The notes beneath the pieces are model-generated. The model was not told the DNA's origin and did no database searches. It was given only the letters and a program-made list of their open reading frames with translations. Positions 20,801 through 30,700 of a stretch of DNA of 51,315 bases are shown here, one piece after another. The stretch comes from a virus. Its lineage: Duplodnaviria; Caudoviricetes. A program made the position numbers and the translations under genes. Where the stretch lies: the IMG/VR virus record IMGVR_UViG_3300027774_000001, positions 1-51,315 of that record. One strand, written 5' to 3'. The stretch's first letter is position 1. Each line of letters starts with the position of its first letter.

Positions 20801-23800
20801 TGAATGCTAGAGGGTGATTAGTGTTTGAAGCATCAGATGTATCAAAACGATATGTATTGTCATCTACAAGTGTGAAACTTCCTGCTTCATTACCATTAAT
20901 AAAGTATCTGTTAACGACTCCAGTTACTAATTCTAGAGTTCCACTTGCTCCTGCACCATTTGAGATAGTATCTGTTTGAGCATCTTGGAATACTCCTGTT
21001 ACATTGCTAAGATATAAGTAATCAGCACCGACAAATGATACGGTACCTGTAGCATTTGATACAGAACCTGTAACCGTATTTCCTACTGCAAATGTTCCTG
21101 TAATACTTGAGAGTTCTAATCTAGCTCTATCTGCAACTGTAACTGTAAATGTTGTGGTTGGAGGGTTTCTAAACTCAATGGATACTGGAGTTTCACCTGT
21201 GTCTGTGTATCCAGTTCCTGCGTTAGTAATTGTTCCAGAAAAACCAGGTATGGTAATATTTGCTGTTGCTCCTATTCCATTTCCTGTAGTTGTAAATGCA
21301 ACGTTATTATAAGTTCCTGCAGTATATCCAGATCCTGATGCAGTTATTGTTCCAGATAATGATTGTACATCTAACTGTGCGGTTCCACCAGATCCTGCAC
21401 CTCCCACAAATGTAATTGTAGGTGCTGCCTCATATCCACTTCCTGCAGTGTCAAGAGCAATTGATCCAATTCTACCTGTCTTTTCATCTAGTACAGAACT
21501 TATAACAGCTTCAACTAAGTTTTCTCCTGCAACTGGTTCGGGTGTAAGTTTTATAGTTGGGTTTGATCTATATCCTAAACCTTGTGAATCTAAATTTATA
21601 GACGCAATAGCAAATCCTAAAGTCGCAGTTGCAGCTGCACCTGATCCTGTGGTATCTCCAGTTCCTGGCGTAATTGTTACTGTTGGAGTAGCAGTATTGG
21701 CATAAGTTCCACCTGTGCCTACGATAATGGCGTCAAGATTTTGACCCATTGTAACTGATAAGTTTTCGCCAGATCCACCTGAGTCGGTAATCGTAATTAT
21801 TGGTGCACCAGTATATCCAGTTCCACTATTTGTGATTGTGAGACTAGTAATTGCATCTCCCGTAATATTTACGTTTGCTGTAGCAGTAACACCTTGGAAG
21901 AACATGTTACCAGAACCAGCTCCAGTTATATTAACAGCAGTTCCATTGTTAGCGTTTGACTCTGATGATGCAACTTTAAAGTTATTTCCATCTACACGAA
22001 TAGCATAATAAGTTCCTGCAGCAAGACCTGTAGGTGCTACAGCGTTTGAGTCTAATGTTGTTGTATCTAAGGATATTTGTTGTCCAGTCTCAAATGGGTG
22101 ATTATCAATATTGATACTATCGTTTGCTATGTCAACGGTAGAAACTCCACCTACAAATGTTTGTTCTGGAGGAGCAGCAAAAGCAGCAGTTGGTGATACA
22201 AAACCACTACCACCCGCATCTACTGTTACAGCAATAACTCTTTGCCCAGAACTTAATTGAGCAGTTCCTGCACCACTACCTGTACCAGAGAGAGTAACGT
22301 CTGGAACTGCAGTGTATGACATGTTACCTCTATTGGTAACTGTAAATTTCTTAATCTCACCAGTTGTAGCAATTGTTGCTGTTGCTGTTGCAATTGTGTT
22401 TGGATTTGATGTAAGTTCAACGGTATGAGATCCACCAACGTATCCGTTTCCTGCACTATCAAGATTTAATGAACCTAAACCATTTTTAAATACGATAAAT
22501 GCTCTGGATGAGAAGTTTGCTGCTTCAGACGAACCAAACAATAAACTATCAGAAAAACCTCTAACTCTTAGAGCACCTTGAACAGAACTACCAAAAGCAA
22601 TTGACTTATTAACGTCAAAGAATACTGCCTCTTTTACGATTGTCTCAGCGTTAACAACAAAGTCTTCTTGACCAGAAGGGTCAACGATAACCTGACCTGT
22701 AGTAGATGTAAGACTGTTACCCGCAATTCTTAAATTACCAGTCTCAATAAACGCAGGGAATATATTAGTTGTTCCAGTTGAGTCACTTAATGTGATGTTT
22801 GCAGCAGACTGAGCTGTTGATGTAGCAGCAAATGATACATTACCTGTCTCTTGGTCTACAGAAAATGCATCGCCAACACGGAAGTCACCGTCTTGGTCTG
22901 TAGATGAAAATAATACTTTACCACTATTAAGTTCTTCTACCTCATTATTCTGAACTGCAAGTGATGGGTCATTCGTAAAGTCTGCACCAGAACCAACATA
23001 ACCAAAGTTATGTGCAGTCAATATAAGTTTTACACCAGAACCATCTGCCTGTACACCTTTTTGTCCGTATACACATGCAGATGCAACTGAACGCATTTCT
23101 GCACCAAACGCAGAATAGTCAGCAGTGATAACAGATGTAGCAGTATCACCACCACTAGATCTAATATCAGATGTTCCACCAGAGACGTCTGTAAAGGTCG
23201 TAGAGGCGTCTGTACCGTTAGCATGGAGCAATAGTACTGTATTGATATCTGAACCATACTCACTTGTTGTTGGAGTAAATCCTGCAGTAAAACGAGCAGA
23301 ACCTTTACTGATTCTTACTTCATCAACATGTCCGTTAAATGCTTGTGTAGGACTTGCTTGATAATCAGAACCTATGATAACAGGTTTTGTTGATCCGTAA
23401 TCATTAGAGTCTGTATATGTGCCTAACTCAGTTCCATCTAAGAATAATTTTGTTGTACCACCACTTCTTGCTACTGCAACATGATAGAATGTGCCTGTTG
23501 CTAATGTACCACCACTAATTTGTGATGTATTTCCTACTGCATAATGTAATGTAGTTCCATCAAGATACATTGTAGGTGCTGTATCTGTAGCAGAATTATC
23601 TCTAAGATCAAATATCCTCTGTACACCTGATACACTGCCAGGTCTTATGAATGCTTCTAGACACCAGTTCGCTGTACCAAATCCAAAGTCTTCGTCACTT
23701 GGAACTTTTACGTTATCCTCAGTTCCGTCTAATAGTATGGATGCTGTGCCAAACTTTTTCTGTGCTGTATCTAACTGTGAGTCACCAAATCTACTTAATA

Positions 23801-25076
23801 CCTTAACTGGTTTATTGACAGTTGTAAATTCACCAGTTCCTTTTCCTGTAATGAATACATATGTACCATCATTGCTTGCAACCACACCTCGTGCAACCGC
23901 TTTCTTATAAGTGACGTTACCAGTTGTTGTGCCAGATGCAGAACTGTCTGTATATGTAAAAGTATTGTTATCTACTTTTGTAATCTGATAGAAGTTATCA
24001 GTTCCTGCACCACTAATATGATCTGCATAGATGTAGTCATTAGTTGATAGACCATGTGCAGTTCTTGTCAGTGTAATTGTAGCACTAGATCTTGCATAAG
24101 TTCCTGACTGGAAACTATTTTCTAATTGATATGCAACCTCAGATGTAGAGAATGTTCCACTAACACCACCTAGTTTCAATCTAGTATTACCAGAACCAGA
24201 TTTACCAGTTGTACCTTGAACACCTTGAATACCGATAGATGCAAAATAGTTGAAGCAATTCAACCACTCTACACGCATACCATTAGTAATCTTTACACCA
24301 ACCTGATTAGGTGTAATGAATGTACACTCATTGAATAATACAGAACTATGCTGTGATGCAGATGCAACATTTGCACCATCTAATAGAGCACCACGTCCTG
24401 CATCTCCCTGTGCATATCCATAAGGATCTGAACCAGATACTACACTACCTTTTGTTAATACAGTAATTCTCTCAACATAAGGACTCTGTGTAGAGTTCAT
24501 GTTTGATACTACAACAAAAGCATATCCTTTATCGTTGCCACTGTCGTAGAAAAAATCTTTGATTGTTAAGTCTGAGATATGTGCATCACCAGACAATATA
24601 AATGCATTATTATTATTTGTAACAGATGTTGGTTTTACAGATGTGGATCTTAGATTGGTTCCACGTAATGTAACACCATCAGGAATAGTCATTGGGAATG
24701 CTTCCTGATATTCGCCAGGTGCAACTATGATTGTATCACCTGATGTGGCAGTTGTAAGTGCCTTTGTAATAGTAAGAAAAGGTGTATCGGGATGTAAACC
24801 ACCATTACCACCATTAGGAAGAGTTGAATTATCCGAACCTACCGATGCAACATAAAAAGTATTGCCCTGACCATTCGTTATGTCAGTAGACAACATAGAA
24901 GTAACCACCTCACCCGTGTTGGGTTTCTGGTTTGCTACTTCAATTATATTTGATCCGTTTCTAGCGTATAACTTTTTATCCGCTATATTAAGAGCGACTT
25001 CACCGTCTTCTAAATTAGAAGTCGTCGGGACTGTCGCTGCTACCGTCGATCTCTTTAGTTTGATTCTCGTTGCCAT
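17847..25076 (-). CDS. Large tail fibre-like structural protein (2409 aa) with gp37/Mtd-like N-terminus, beta-helix, LamG/ConA domain and cupredoxin-like module
   Basis: MATRIKLKRS..A..P....LEDGEVALNIADKKLY resembles the T4 gp37 N-terminus. FYVA..GSD...PFLTI.KAL...GDTI.VAPGEY marks a beta-helix cap. LamG motifs (FYHVAVARSG...LFLDG; FNGHVDEVRISKG) lie at ~23215-23790, with many G.GY repeats. Confidence 0.85.
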   Translation of the reverse strand: MATRIKLKRSTVAATVPTTSNLEDGEVALNIADKKLYARNGSNIIEVANQKPNTGEVVTSMLSTDITNGQGNTFYVASVGSDNSTLPNGGNGGLHPDTPFLTITKALTTATSGDTIIVAPGEYQEAFPMTIPDGVTLRGTNLRSTSVKPTSVTNNNNAFILSGDAHISDLTIKDFFYDSGNDKGYAFVVVSNMNSTQSPYVERITVLTKGSVVSGSDPYGYAQGDAGRGALLDGANVASASQHSSVLFNECTFITPNQVGVKITNGMRVEWLNCFNYFASIGIQGVQGTTGKSGSGNTRLKLGGVSGTFSTSEVAYQLENSFQSGTYARSSATITLTRTAHGLSTNDYIYADHISGAGTDNFYQITKVDNNTFTYTDSSASGTTTGNVTYKKAVARGVVASNDGTYVFITGKGTGEFTTVNKPVKVLSRFGDSQLDTAQKKFGTASILLDGTEDNVKVPSDEDFGFGTANWCLEAFIRPGSVSGVQRIFDLRDNSATDTAPTMYLDGTTLHYAVGNTSQISGGTLATGTFYHVAVARSGGTTKLFLDGTELGTYTDSNDYGSTKPVIIGSDYQASPTQAFNGHVDEVRISKGSARFTAGFTPTTSEYGSDINTVLLLHANGTDASTTFTDVSGGTSDIRSSGGDTATSVITADYSAFGAEMRSVASACVYGQKGVQADGSGVKLILTAHNFGYVGSGADFTNDPSLAVQNNEVEELNSGKVLFSSTDQDGDFRVGDAFSVDQETGNVSFAATSTAQSAANITLSDSTGTTNIFPAFIETGNLRIAGNSLTSTTGQVIVDPSGQEDFVVNAETIVKEAVFFDVNKSIAFGSSVQGALRVRGFSDSLLFGSSEAANFSSRAFIVFKNGLGSLNLDSAGNGYVGGSHTVELTSNPNTIATATATIATTGEIKKFTVTNRGNMSYTAVPDVTLSGTGSGAGTAQLSSGQRVIAVTVDAGGSGFVSPTAAFAAPPEQTFVGGVSTVDIANDSINIDNHPFETGQQISLDTTTLDSNAVAPTGLAAGTYYAIRVDGNNFKVASSESNANNGTAVNITGAGSGNMFFQGVTATANVNITGDAITSLTITNSGTGYTGAPIITITDSGGSGENLSVTMGQNLDAIIVGTGGTYANTATPTVTITPGTGDTTGSGAAATATLGFAIASINLDSQGLGYRSNPTIKLTPEPVAGENLVEAVISSVLDEKTGRIGSIALDTAGSGYEAAPTITFVGGAGSGGTAQLDVQSLSGTITASGSGYTAGTYNNVAFTTTGNGIGATANITIPGFSGTITNAGTGYTDTGETPVSIEFRNPPTTTFTVTVADRARLELSSITGTFAVGNTVTGSVSNATGTVSFVGADYLYLSNVTGVFQDAQTDTISNGAGASGTLELVTGVVNRYFINGNEAGSFTLVDDNTYRFDTSDASNTNHPLAFSAAQGITTRQYRTPGTAGSYFEVVVGSVSSTTSSGTYQCTVHGTVMGEGGVITYTTGTAGQSGVGMSANITIAGGSVTVVEISSQGTGGNYSVGHTLVADQDDIGGTGSGFEYTLQSNNTGVSSVTNISLTGEGYLVGEVLSVDDSTVGGGGGGGFQFTINAVGFATAVSVGDPGGAYELADTLIIGEVGSPGSVQGNGLALSIASIASEKGLELSQEGLLTLGATAAEQVTINKNGQLQTPNWNVSSSGVITAVTGAFSGNVSVTQGLSVGDTLGVSGVFTASAGVQISGGTSSIAQTSLKVTDGSAAAPSISFDNSTSTGLFREGADIVGVSIAGTQTGKIDSSGLYFTGLKLDSDITETNPFFVVDTATSKLELGSATSNLFIDGTNTIGTGGSDINVPLNFDTKGEGDFTFKGGANVDFKITDGTSDVVSIDTGTGTATFLGNLDAGKLRIRQNVVSNNSATSTRSFGQVLTLSVTGTGSGYTDGAYTQTATTGGSGTGLTVDVTVASGTFSSVVVYDKGQNYKVGDTITIAAVGGGTGVSVTVSDIDGSGVVLKPGGGFDVLCDTTGSLVIPAGTTNQRPNTLDRITGAIRFNTTQLQFEGFNGNDFVSLGGVRDVDQDTFVLTESSPGADEDTFEFFNTGVNSLSISQSKFILRSAKTFDVQGTLRIDGVTSSQDPVDIQRGGTSIAKFRDKKDFEICDGATSGLRLRQVPQQGVVATIGSVTSNGNNYGASATYTAVASTSNFEGTGATFTVVTNGSGGISTVTIVSGGTGYEVGEIITIAGNLIGGTPVTDDISFPVATISSPSAPFARMDIVAQDFVTRTDGKSFLAIDANGSETAWKINRGWATNTESYLTVFDSTATFMELDDCRVEGGQLASFPSTSSIIQFDRNEYKGAKTLITIESDDNKVHMLEVTTVCASNGTTAHSTVTNSVTSDNNLMDATISVVGSNVTISLAKSSAATSSSNFTGRFTTTKVKV

Positions 25077-25221
25077 CTAAAGCATTCTCAGATTGTTGGT
25101 CAGTGCTCATACTATTTAACTGAGTTTGTAAATCTTGGATTTGTGCCTCCATCATTACATTTATCAGTGTCAATTCAGAAATTTTCTTTTGTAGTATAGA
25201 AATAACAATTTTTGCGTCCAT
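25015..25221 (-). CDS. Small coiled-coil hypothetical protein
   Basis: LQKKISELTLINVMMEAQIQDLQTQL heptads with an acidic tail; overlaps the next gene start by 62 bp. Confidence 0.6.
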   Translation of the reverse strand: MDAKIVISILQKKISELTLINVMMEAQIQDLQTQLNSMSTDQQSENALDGNENQTKEIDGSSDSPDDF

Positions 25222-25224
25222 GTT

Positions 25225-26904
25225 TTAAAACGTACCACCGTCGATTGTGTCAGTCCACACAGGTACACCCGCTGCTGTAACTGTAAGCACTTGGAATGAT
25301 GTTGTCGCATCAGCACCTGTGCCAGGTGAACTCATATTTGCCTCTGCAGTTACCTGTAAAGGATTTGTACCGTTACCATAAACGATACCATTTGTAGTAA
25401 ATGTACCAGCTCCAGTACCACCGAACTGAACCTCAAGGTCAGTATCGAGTTCTAGATCACCTAGTACAACTGTACCACGGTTACCTGTTACACCAAATAC
25501 AGTGTTTGTATCTGTTGCATCTTCAATGAATGTCCATGCACCAGCTCCATCGGCACCACCTGTACGGTCATAACCGAAGAAACCAAACTTGTTAGTTCCA
25601 GATGCATTGTAGTGAACCTTAACACCACGATCTAGTGCATCATCAGCACCACTTACTGTAACAAGAACAGAACCAGCTGCCATTGTTTGAGATAAGTTGT
25701 TGCTTAATGTAACTGTTTTAGTTCCAGTATTAATAGAAGAAATAGTTGTGCTGTTAGGAATTCCTGCAGTTGTTGAGGTAACTGAGTCACCAACTTGTAG
25801 TTGATCTACAGCATCTACAACAACGTCTGGTTGCCCACCAGTTGCTTCCGCAGTCAGTGTGACAGGAGTTGTTGGATCTCCTAGTTCGATTGTAGGATCG
25901 TTAACTGACATTGAAGCAGAGTTCACTGTAGTTGTGGTTCCATCAATCTGTAAGTCACCTTTAATAATAACAAGACCACCCGCATCAGTTGTAGGGTCAG
26001 GGTCAAGTATTAATTCTTGTACACTGTTTATTGTAGATAATGTATTACCATCTAACTTAAGGTTATCAATTTGGATGTCACCAGTCTGTTGTGTACTACC
26101 AGAAATATTGGTTTGTCCGTTAAAGGTAACATTATTTTGGAATGTAGTTGTTGCATTAACATTTAATGAGTCACCAGCTGCTGTACCAATAGTGGTGTTG
26201 TCATCTACATTCAAATCTTTGATGTGTGCAGTTGCAGCAACACCAATACCACCCGCAACTGTAAATGCTGCTGTAGCAACGTTAGAAGCGTCTGTGGTGT
26301 CTGCAATATTGACTTGGACACCAGTGCCATAGTTCCAGTCTGCACCCTCTACTTGGATCTTGTCAGTAGTTGTCTCGTCATATCTGATAGAGGCATCCTT
26401 TGTGTTACCAAAGTTTAGTTTCATATCATCAGCGATACGCAAGTCAGGGGTTCCTGCTACACGCTTGATGTCTAAAACTGCATCTGAGTCATTGAATGAG
26501 AGTTCTACATCTCCTGTAGTTCCAAATTCTAATTCTTGTCCATCTTCGATGACCAACTTACCTGTGCCATTTGCACGGAAGATGAGGTCAGCATCTGTTG
26601 TGGAAGTTGTTATTACGTTAGCATTTAACTCAATGTCATCTACTAACCATTGATCTATCTTTGAATTACTATCTACGATAGCAACAGAACTTCCTGTAAG
26701 TGTGCCATGCACATGATCGAGCATGTCAGTAAAATATCTACCACCTACAATCTGTGCAGCACCATTGTTATCTCCAACAAATAGTCTATCACCCGCATTT
26801 GCTTGGGTTCCGTTTGCTCCAGTAGTAATGGCGAGTTCACCAAACGTAATGGTGCCAGGTGCGGTAGAACCTGTACTCCTTTTTATCAGGATATTTGATG
26901 CCAT
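25225..26904 (-). CDS. Tail fibre-like protein
   Basis: MASNILIKRSTGSTAP..I.FGELA N-terminus, fibre motifs GDLQIDGTTTTVNS..V.DP.IELG, DRGV..HY and VQFGGTG, and C-terminal TIDGGTF. Confidence 0.8.
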   Translation of the reverse strand: MASNILIKRSTGSTAPGTITFGELAITTGANGTQANAGDRLFVGDNNGAAQIVGGRYFTDMLDHVHGTLTGSSVAIVDSNSKIDQWLVDDIELNANVITTSTTDADLIFRANGTGKLVIEDGQELEFGTTGDVELSFNDSDAVLDIKRVAGTPDLRIADDMKLNFGNTKDASIRYDETTTDKIQVEGADWNYGTGVQVNIADTTDASNVATAAFTVAGGIGVAATAHIKDLNVDDNTTIGTAAGDSLNVNATTTFQNNVTFNGQTNISGSTQQTGDIQIDNLKLDGNTLSTINSVQELILDPDPTTDAGGLVIIKGDLQIDGTTTTVNSASMSVNDPTIELGDPTTPVTLTAEATGGQPDVVVDAVDQLQVGDSVTSTTAGIPNSTTISSINTGTKTVTLSNNLSQTMAAGSVLVTVSGADDALDRGVKVHYNASGTNKFGFFGYDRTGGADGAGAWTFIEDATDTNTVFGVTGNRGTVVLGDLELDTDLEVQFGGTGAGTFTTNGIVYGNGTNPLQVTAEANMSSPGTGADATTSFQVLTVTAAGVPVWTDTIDGGTF

Positions 26905-27125
26905 TAGAAGCTACCCCCGTTAATTGTTATGTCGTTTAATACATTTGTGGCGATGAATCTTGTGCTTGATGCGTCATAAACGAGCACTGATCCGTTTGCT
27001 AGTCCGCCTTGTGATGTGTCTGTCAAATCTACGTCTGACATTCCGCCAATCGTGCCACCGCCACCACCTGTAGCGACACGTGTGACTCTTGGAACTGATT
27101 GGTCTCCAAATCTTAGTCTTGCCAT
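26904..27125 (-). CDS. Small fibre-associated protein
   Basis: 73 aa with SDVD.....NGSVLVYD....F and C-terminal TINGGSF; coupled to both neighbours. Confidence 0.7.
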   Translation of the reverse strand: MARLRFGDQSVPRVTRVATGGGGGTIGGMSDVDLTDTSQGGLANGSVLVYDASSTRFIATNVLNDITINGGSF

Positions 27126-27464
27126 TTAAAGTGTTACCCCCTCAAGAACGCTTACCGATCCTTCTAACACTCTGGACTTAATGCCAGATCCAGAAGTTAT
27201 TACAACGTCATATACAAACCGTCCACTCTTCATAGCAGCGGTCTGTGAATTAGTCAGAGACAGTTGTACTCTTCCGCTTGTCGCAGGAGATAAAACTGCA
27301 GCAGTCACTGTTTGCGAAGTACTACTTGTGTAGTGCTTTTTGATCAAACACGCTGCTGTATATCCAGTTAGGTCAAAATCTGTACCATTATCATTCTCAA
27401 CCGTAAAGTCGATGATAAAGTCAGCACCTTGATATATTATTAGATTGGATACAGCACTTGCCAT
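27126..27464 (-). CDS. Baseplate/fibre adaptor (BppU-N-like immunoglobulin fold) structural protein
   Basis: NLIIYQGADF...DLTGYTA...IKKHY...G.V.LSLT..QT...K.GR.VYDV.I.....RVLEG.V.V..GVT, a pattern typical of T4-like cyanophage adaptor proteins. Confidence 0.75.
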   Translation of the reverse strand: MASAVSNLIIYQGADFIIDFTVENDNGTDFDLTGYTAACLIKKHYTSSTSQTVTAAVLSPATSGRVQLSLTNSQTAAMKSGRFVYDVVITSGSGIKSRVLEGSVSVLEGVTL

Positions 27465-27487
27465 TCTCTAAAAGAATTCCCGTATAA

Positions 27488-27509
27488 TATTTAGCTTAAC
27501 TTTATTTAT
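27488..27509 (-). promoter_or_regulatory. Tandem late-promoter-like motifs (ATAAATA at 27503-27509, CTAAATA at 27488-27494)
   Basis: Both motifs lie upstream of the ATG at 27464; the first overlaps the stop of the 73-aa gene. Confidence 0.55.
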
Positions 27510-27723
27510 CCTTCTTCTCTACTAGGGTCTTCAGAAGTGACTTTACTTCGTCAAGTTCTTTTCTTAGGTCTTCTAGTGTTCTATCCTTTTTTCTTGCAGC
27601 ATCCCTTGCTTTAATATATGCATCATACTGTGATGTGTCTGTATTGAGTATTGCATTAGACTCAGGATCCCTGCCGAGAGTTGTATGACCCTCAACAGGA
27701 ACTAGTTCAATTTCATCTTTCAT
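27502..27723 (-). CDS. Small conserved-type hypothetical protein following VrlC
   Basis: VEGH..L.RD..SNAILNTD...Y..Y plus a C-terminal coiled coil; start overlaps the upstream stop. Confidence 0.7.
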   Translation of the reverse strand: MKDEIELVPVEGHTTLGRDPESNAILNTDTSQYDAYIKARDAARKKDRTLEDLRKELDEVKSLLKTLVEKKDK

Positions 27724-30700
27724 TACGCTAGAGCGATTCCTCTTAAATCTTTGACTCTTGGTATATATGGTTGTGCGTGGTTGAGTAGACTGATCTTAAT
27801 TTGGAAACCATCAAACTCTTCTACGTCCTCAACTGTATACTCATAGTCAGTAAATTCAACTAAATCGTTATTTGGAATTAGTGAACCTGTATCTGGTACA
27901 CCTGTACTATTAAAGAATTGGAATGGCAAATCGTCTAGACTATCTGCATATCCAACTGGTACTAATTTAAACATAACCACAATCTTAGATTGTGTCCATA
28001 TATTAGCAGCAAGCATTACCTTAAGTCCAGTTGCACTCTTTTCTAATCTTGCAACCTTAGTAATGTAGTTACCCGCACACTCAGTTCCAACATTTGCTGT
28101 TGGTTCTATATTGTTAATTACGTTTGATGTAGTTATAACATCACATCTAGTTAGGTCAATTACAGGAGATAGGTGTGATACCTCAGAATCCAGATTCAAC
28201 TCAAGTGTCAATGACTTAACACTATTCATTCTATTGATCTCGTTAATCTGGTTTGCAACTATCTTAGTAGCAGGGAAGTAATTCTCTTCTCCGATAGTAA
28301 TGTCTTGGAAGTCACTGTCCTTAATAAAGGATACCTCAGCAGATGATCCAGTTGGGAAAGGTCCGCAAGATGTTCCACTAGTTCCTTGAACTCTAGAAAT
28401 AATGCTAGTACGAGGTTCTACCTGACTCTGTATCTGTGGTGATAGAACATCCCATGGAATATTCTGTGACGCAACAACGTTGCCTCCTCCACCAAATATA
28501 CCTGTGCCCGCATTTACACCACTAATTTGTAAGTTGTAACTATGTGGACTGTTTATAGATGTAACACCACTACTGTGTGTCTTATTGATCTTAGTTAAAG
28601 GTATACCGTCAAAGTTATAGCATTGAACCACTGCACCTACAAGGTGTGCTTTACCAGTTGCAGATCCTGCAACTCCATTATGGTTTCTACCATTTGTAGC
28701 AAATGTAATTGTATTCGTGGTAGTATTGATTGCTTGATAAGCAATAATTTCGTCACCACTACCATCTTCCTCTGTACCAAGTATTCTTATAAAACCAGGA
28801 TTTGTGTTGCTAACTGAACTACCACCTATGGTTGTATGGAATTTATCTGGATCTGTAAGAACAACAGATGAACCATCAGCAGCAAGGTTAGATGCAGATA
28901 TTTGACTGTCTGCCACCTCAGATATAACACCACTTATCTGTAAGTAGTTAAGTGCTGATTGCATACCATGATTACTGTGGAATACTCTGATCTGATCACT
29001 GCCCGCAGTTGTCACAAATGGATTTGTTCTTAGATTAAGGAATCCACCATTACTTTCCCCTAACTCACCATTTTCTAGTATAAGTCTAGATGGTGCTGCT
29101 GTTGTTGGTAATGTAAATTCTGCTCTGTAAATCTTGAACATCAAGTCTTCATACTGTGAAGGTGTCCATGTAGATGCGTTCTGTGACTTAAATAGAACAC
29201 CGATGTATGGTTGTTCAGATATCTTCTCTCCAACGTGTGCAGCATCAATAGCATCATTACCTAGTAATGAGATGAATACCTTATACTGGTTTGAGTCAGA
29301 AGTTACCACCATCGCATGTTCTGTTCTGTATGGTATGAATACAGGTGCTTTGAATGTAAACGTAGTTGGTTTAGAAGCATCTGTAGATGTAAATACATCT
29401 TCTGCCTGTTTTACAACCTTAGAGAATGGTAATATGGTTTGTGTTGGATTACCGTTTTCTACAGTTCTAATATCTACTGCAACAGGAATCTCTTCATCCT
29501 TAGTAAAGAAGAATAAGTCAATCTTAGTTAAGAATACACCACCTTCTAGGGTAGAATCCTCAATTAAGAATGTCTGTGCTAGTGGGTCACACCATCTAGT
29601 CTCATCTCTAGATGTTTCTGTGACACTAACCAATGTTCTAGAATCAAACTGATCCTCAGATGTAACTCTTGCATTTCTTACAGATATAATAGTCTCTTGT
29701 GTAGTCTGTAAAATACCTGATGAACTAAATTCTGCTTCACCACTAGAATCTGATACACCAACAACTCTACTGTCATTTGATGTGTCACTAAGTCTAAACA
29801 GTTTTGTACCAGTCTTGAACTTAAGGTTACCAGCTACGTTAGGTGCATCAATGAAGAATGAACCACGAAGATTACCTTTCTTATCTGTAACTAGATCTTT
29901 GCTAGAAACTTTTGCAACTGCACCACTAGTCTCTCCAACTAAGTAATCATTTAACTTAGGAGAACCATAGTAACTACCTTTAACTTGATCTGCAAGTGAC
30001 TTGGTATCAATATTAATAAATGTTAGGTTTGAGGTGTAGTCGGTTGTTGTGCTGATATCAGTCCCATCAAGAGGATTGATTGCAATATTCTCGTTAGGAG
30101 CTGATACTCTTGCCTTAAATCTGAATTTACCATTACCTTTTTTAACATAAACTGTCTCACCTATTTGGAACGGAATGTTATTTGTTTGTGCATCTGTGCT
30201 TGGATCTTTTACTAGACCAATAATTTTTGGTGTAATAAGTTTCTTAGGTATTGCAATACCATCAAAGAATGCAAAGAATTTTGTTCTTGGTTTAAGTTTC
30301 TGACATACAAACTCTATGTTTCTAGAACGCATAAACTGGATATGCTCTACTGATACAACTTTACTACCAAGTGATTGTTGTTCGATAACAGGAGTGACTC
30401 TGTATCTTACACCAGTTCTTGCTTGTTTTGTAGTTGTTGTAGTTGTAGTTGTAATAGTTCTACGACGTCTTACTCTACCTTTTCCTCCACCACGCCATGA
30501 ACCAACTTGTCTGTTTACATCAGTTCCTGTCCATGTTGTTTTCCATGAGTTCCAGTGTATAGGAGAGAATCCATTCTGGTCTGCATTGTATTCTCTAACT
30601 GTAGTTAAGAAGTTACCTTCTACGACAGGACCTTGGATAGGATTAAGAGATTTTGTATCTACCCAGTTGTCAGACTCTGGATATAACTCTAGATCACCAG

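Noticed and set aside
25113-25119. TTAAATA upstream of the 2409-aa gene as a late promoter
   Set aside because: It is an imperfect match inside coding sequence of an AT-rich genome and cannot be distinguished from chance.
17847-26904. Diversity-generating retroelement suggested by Mtd-like N-termini
   Set aside because: No reverse transcriptase and no template/variable repeat pair differing at adenines was seen; the N-terminus is a generic fibre attachment module.
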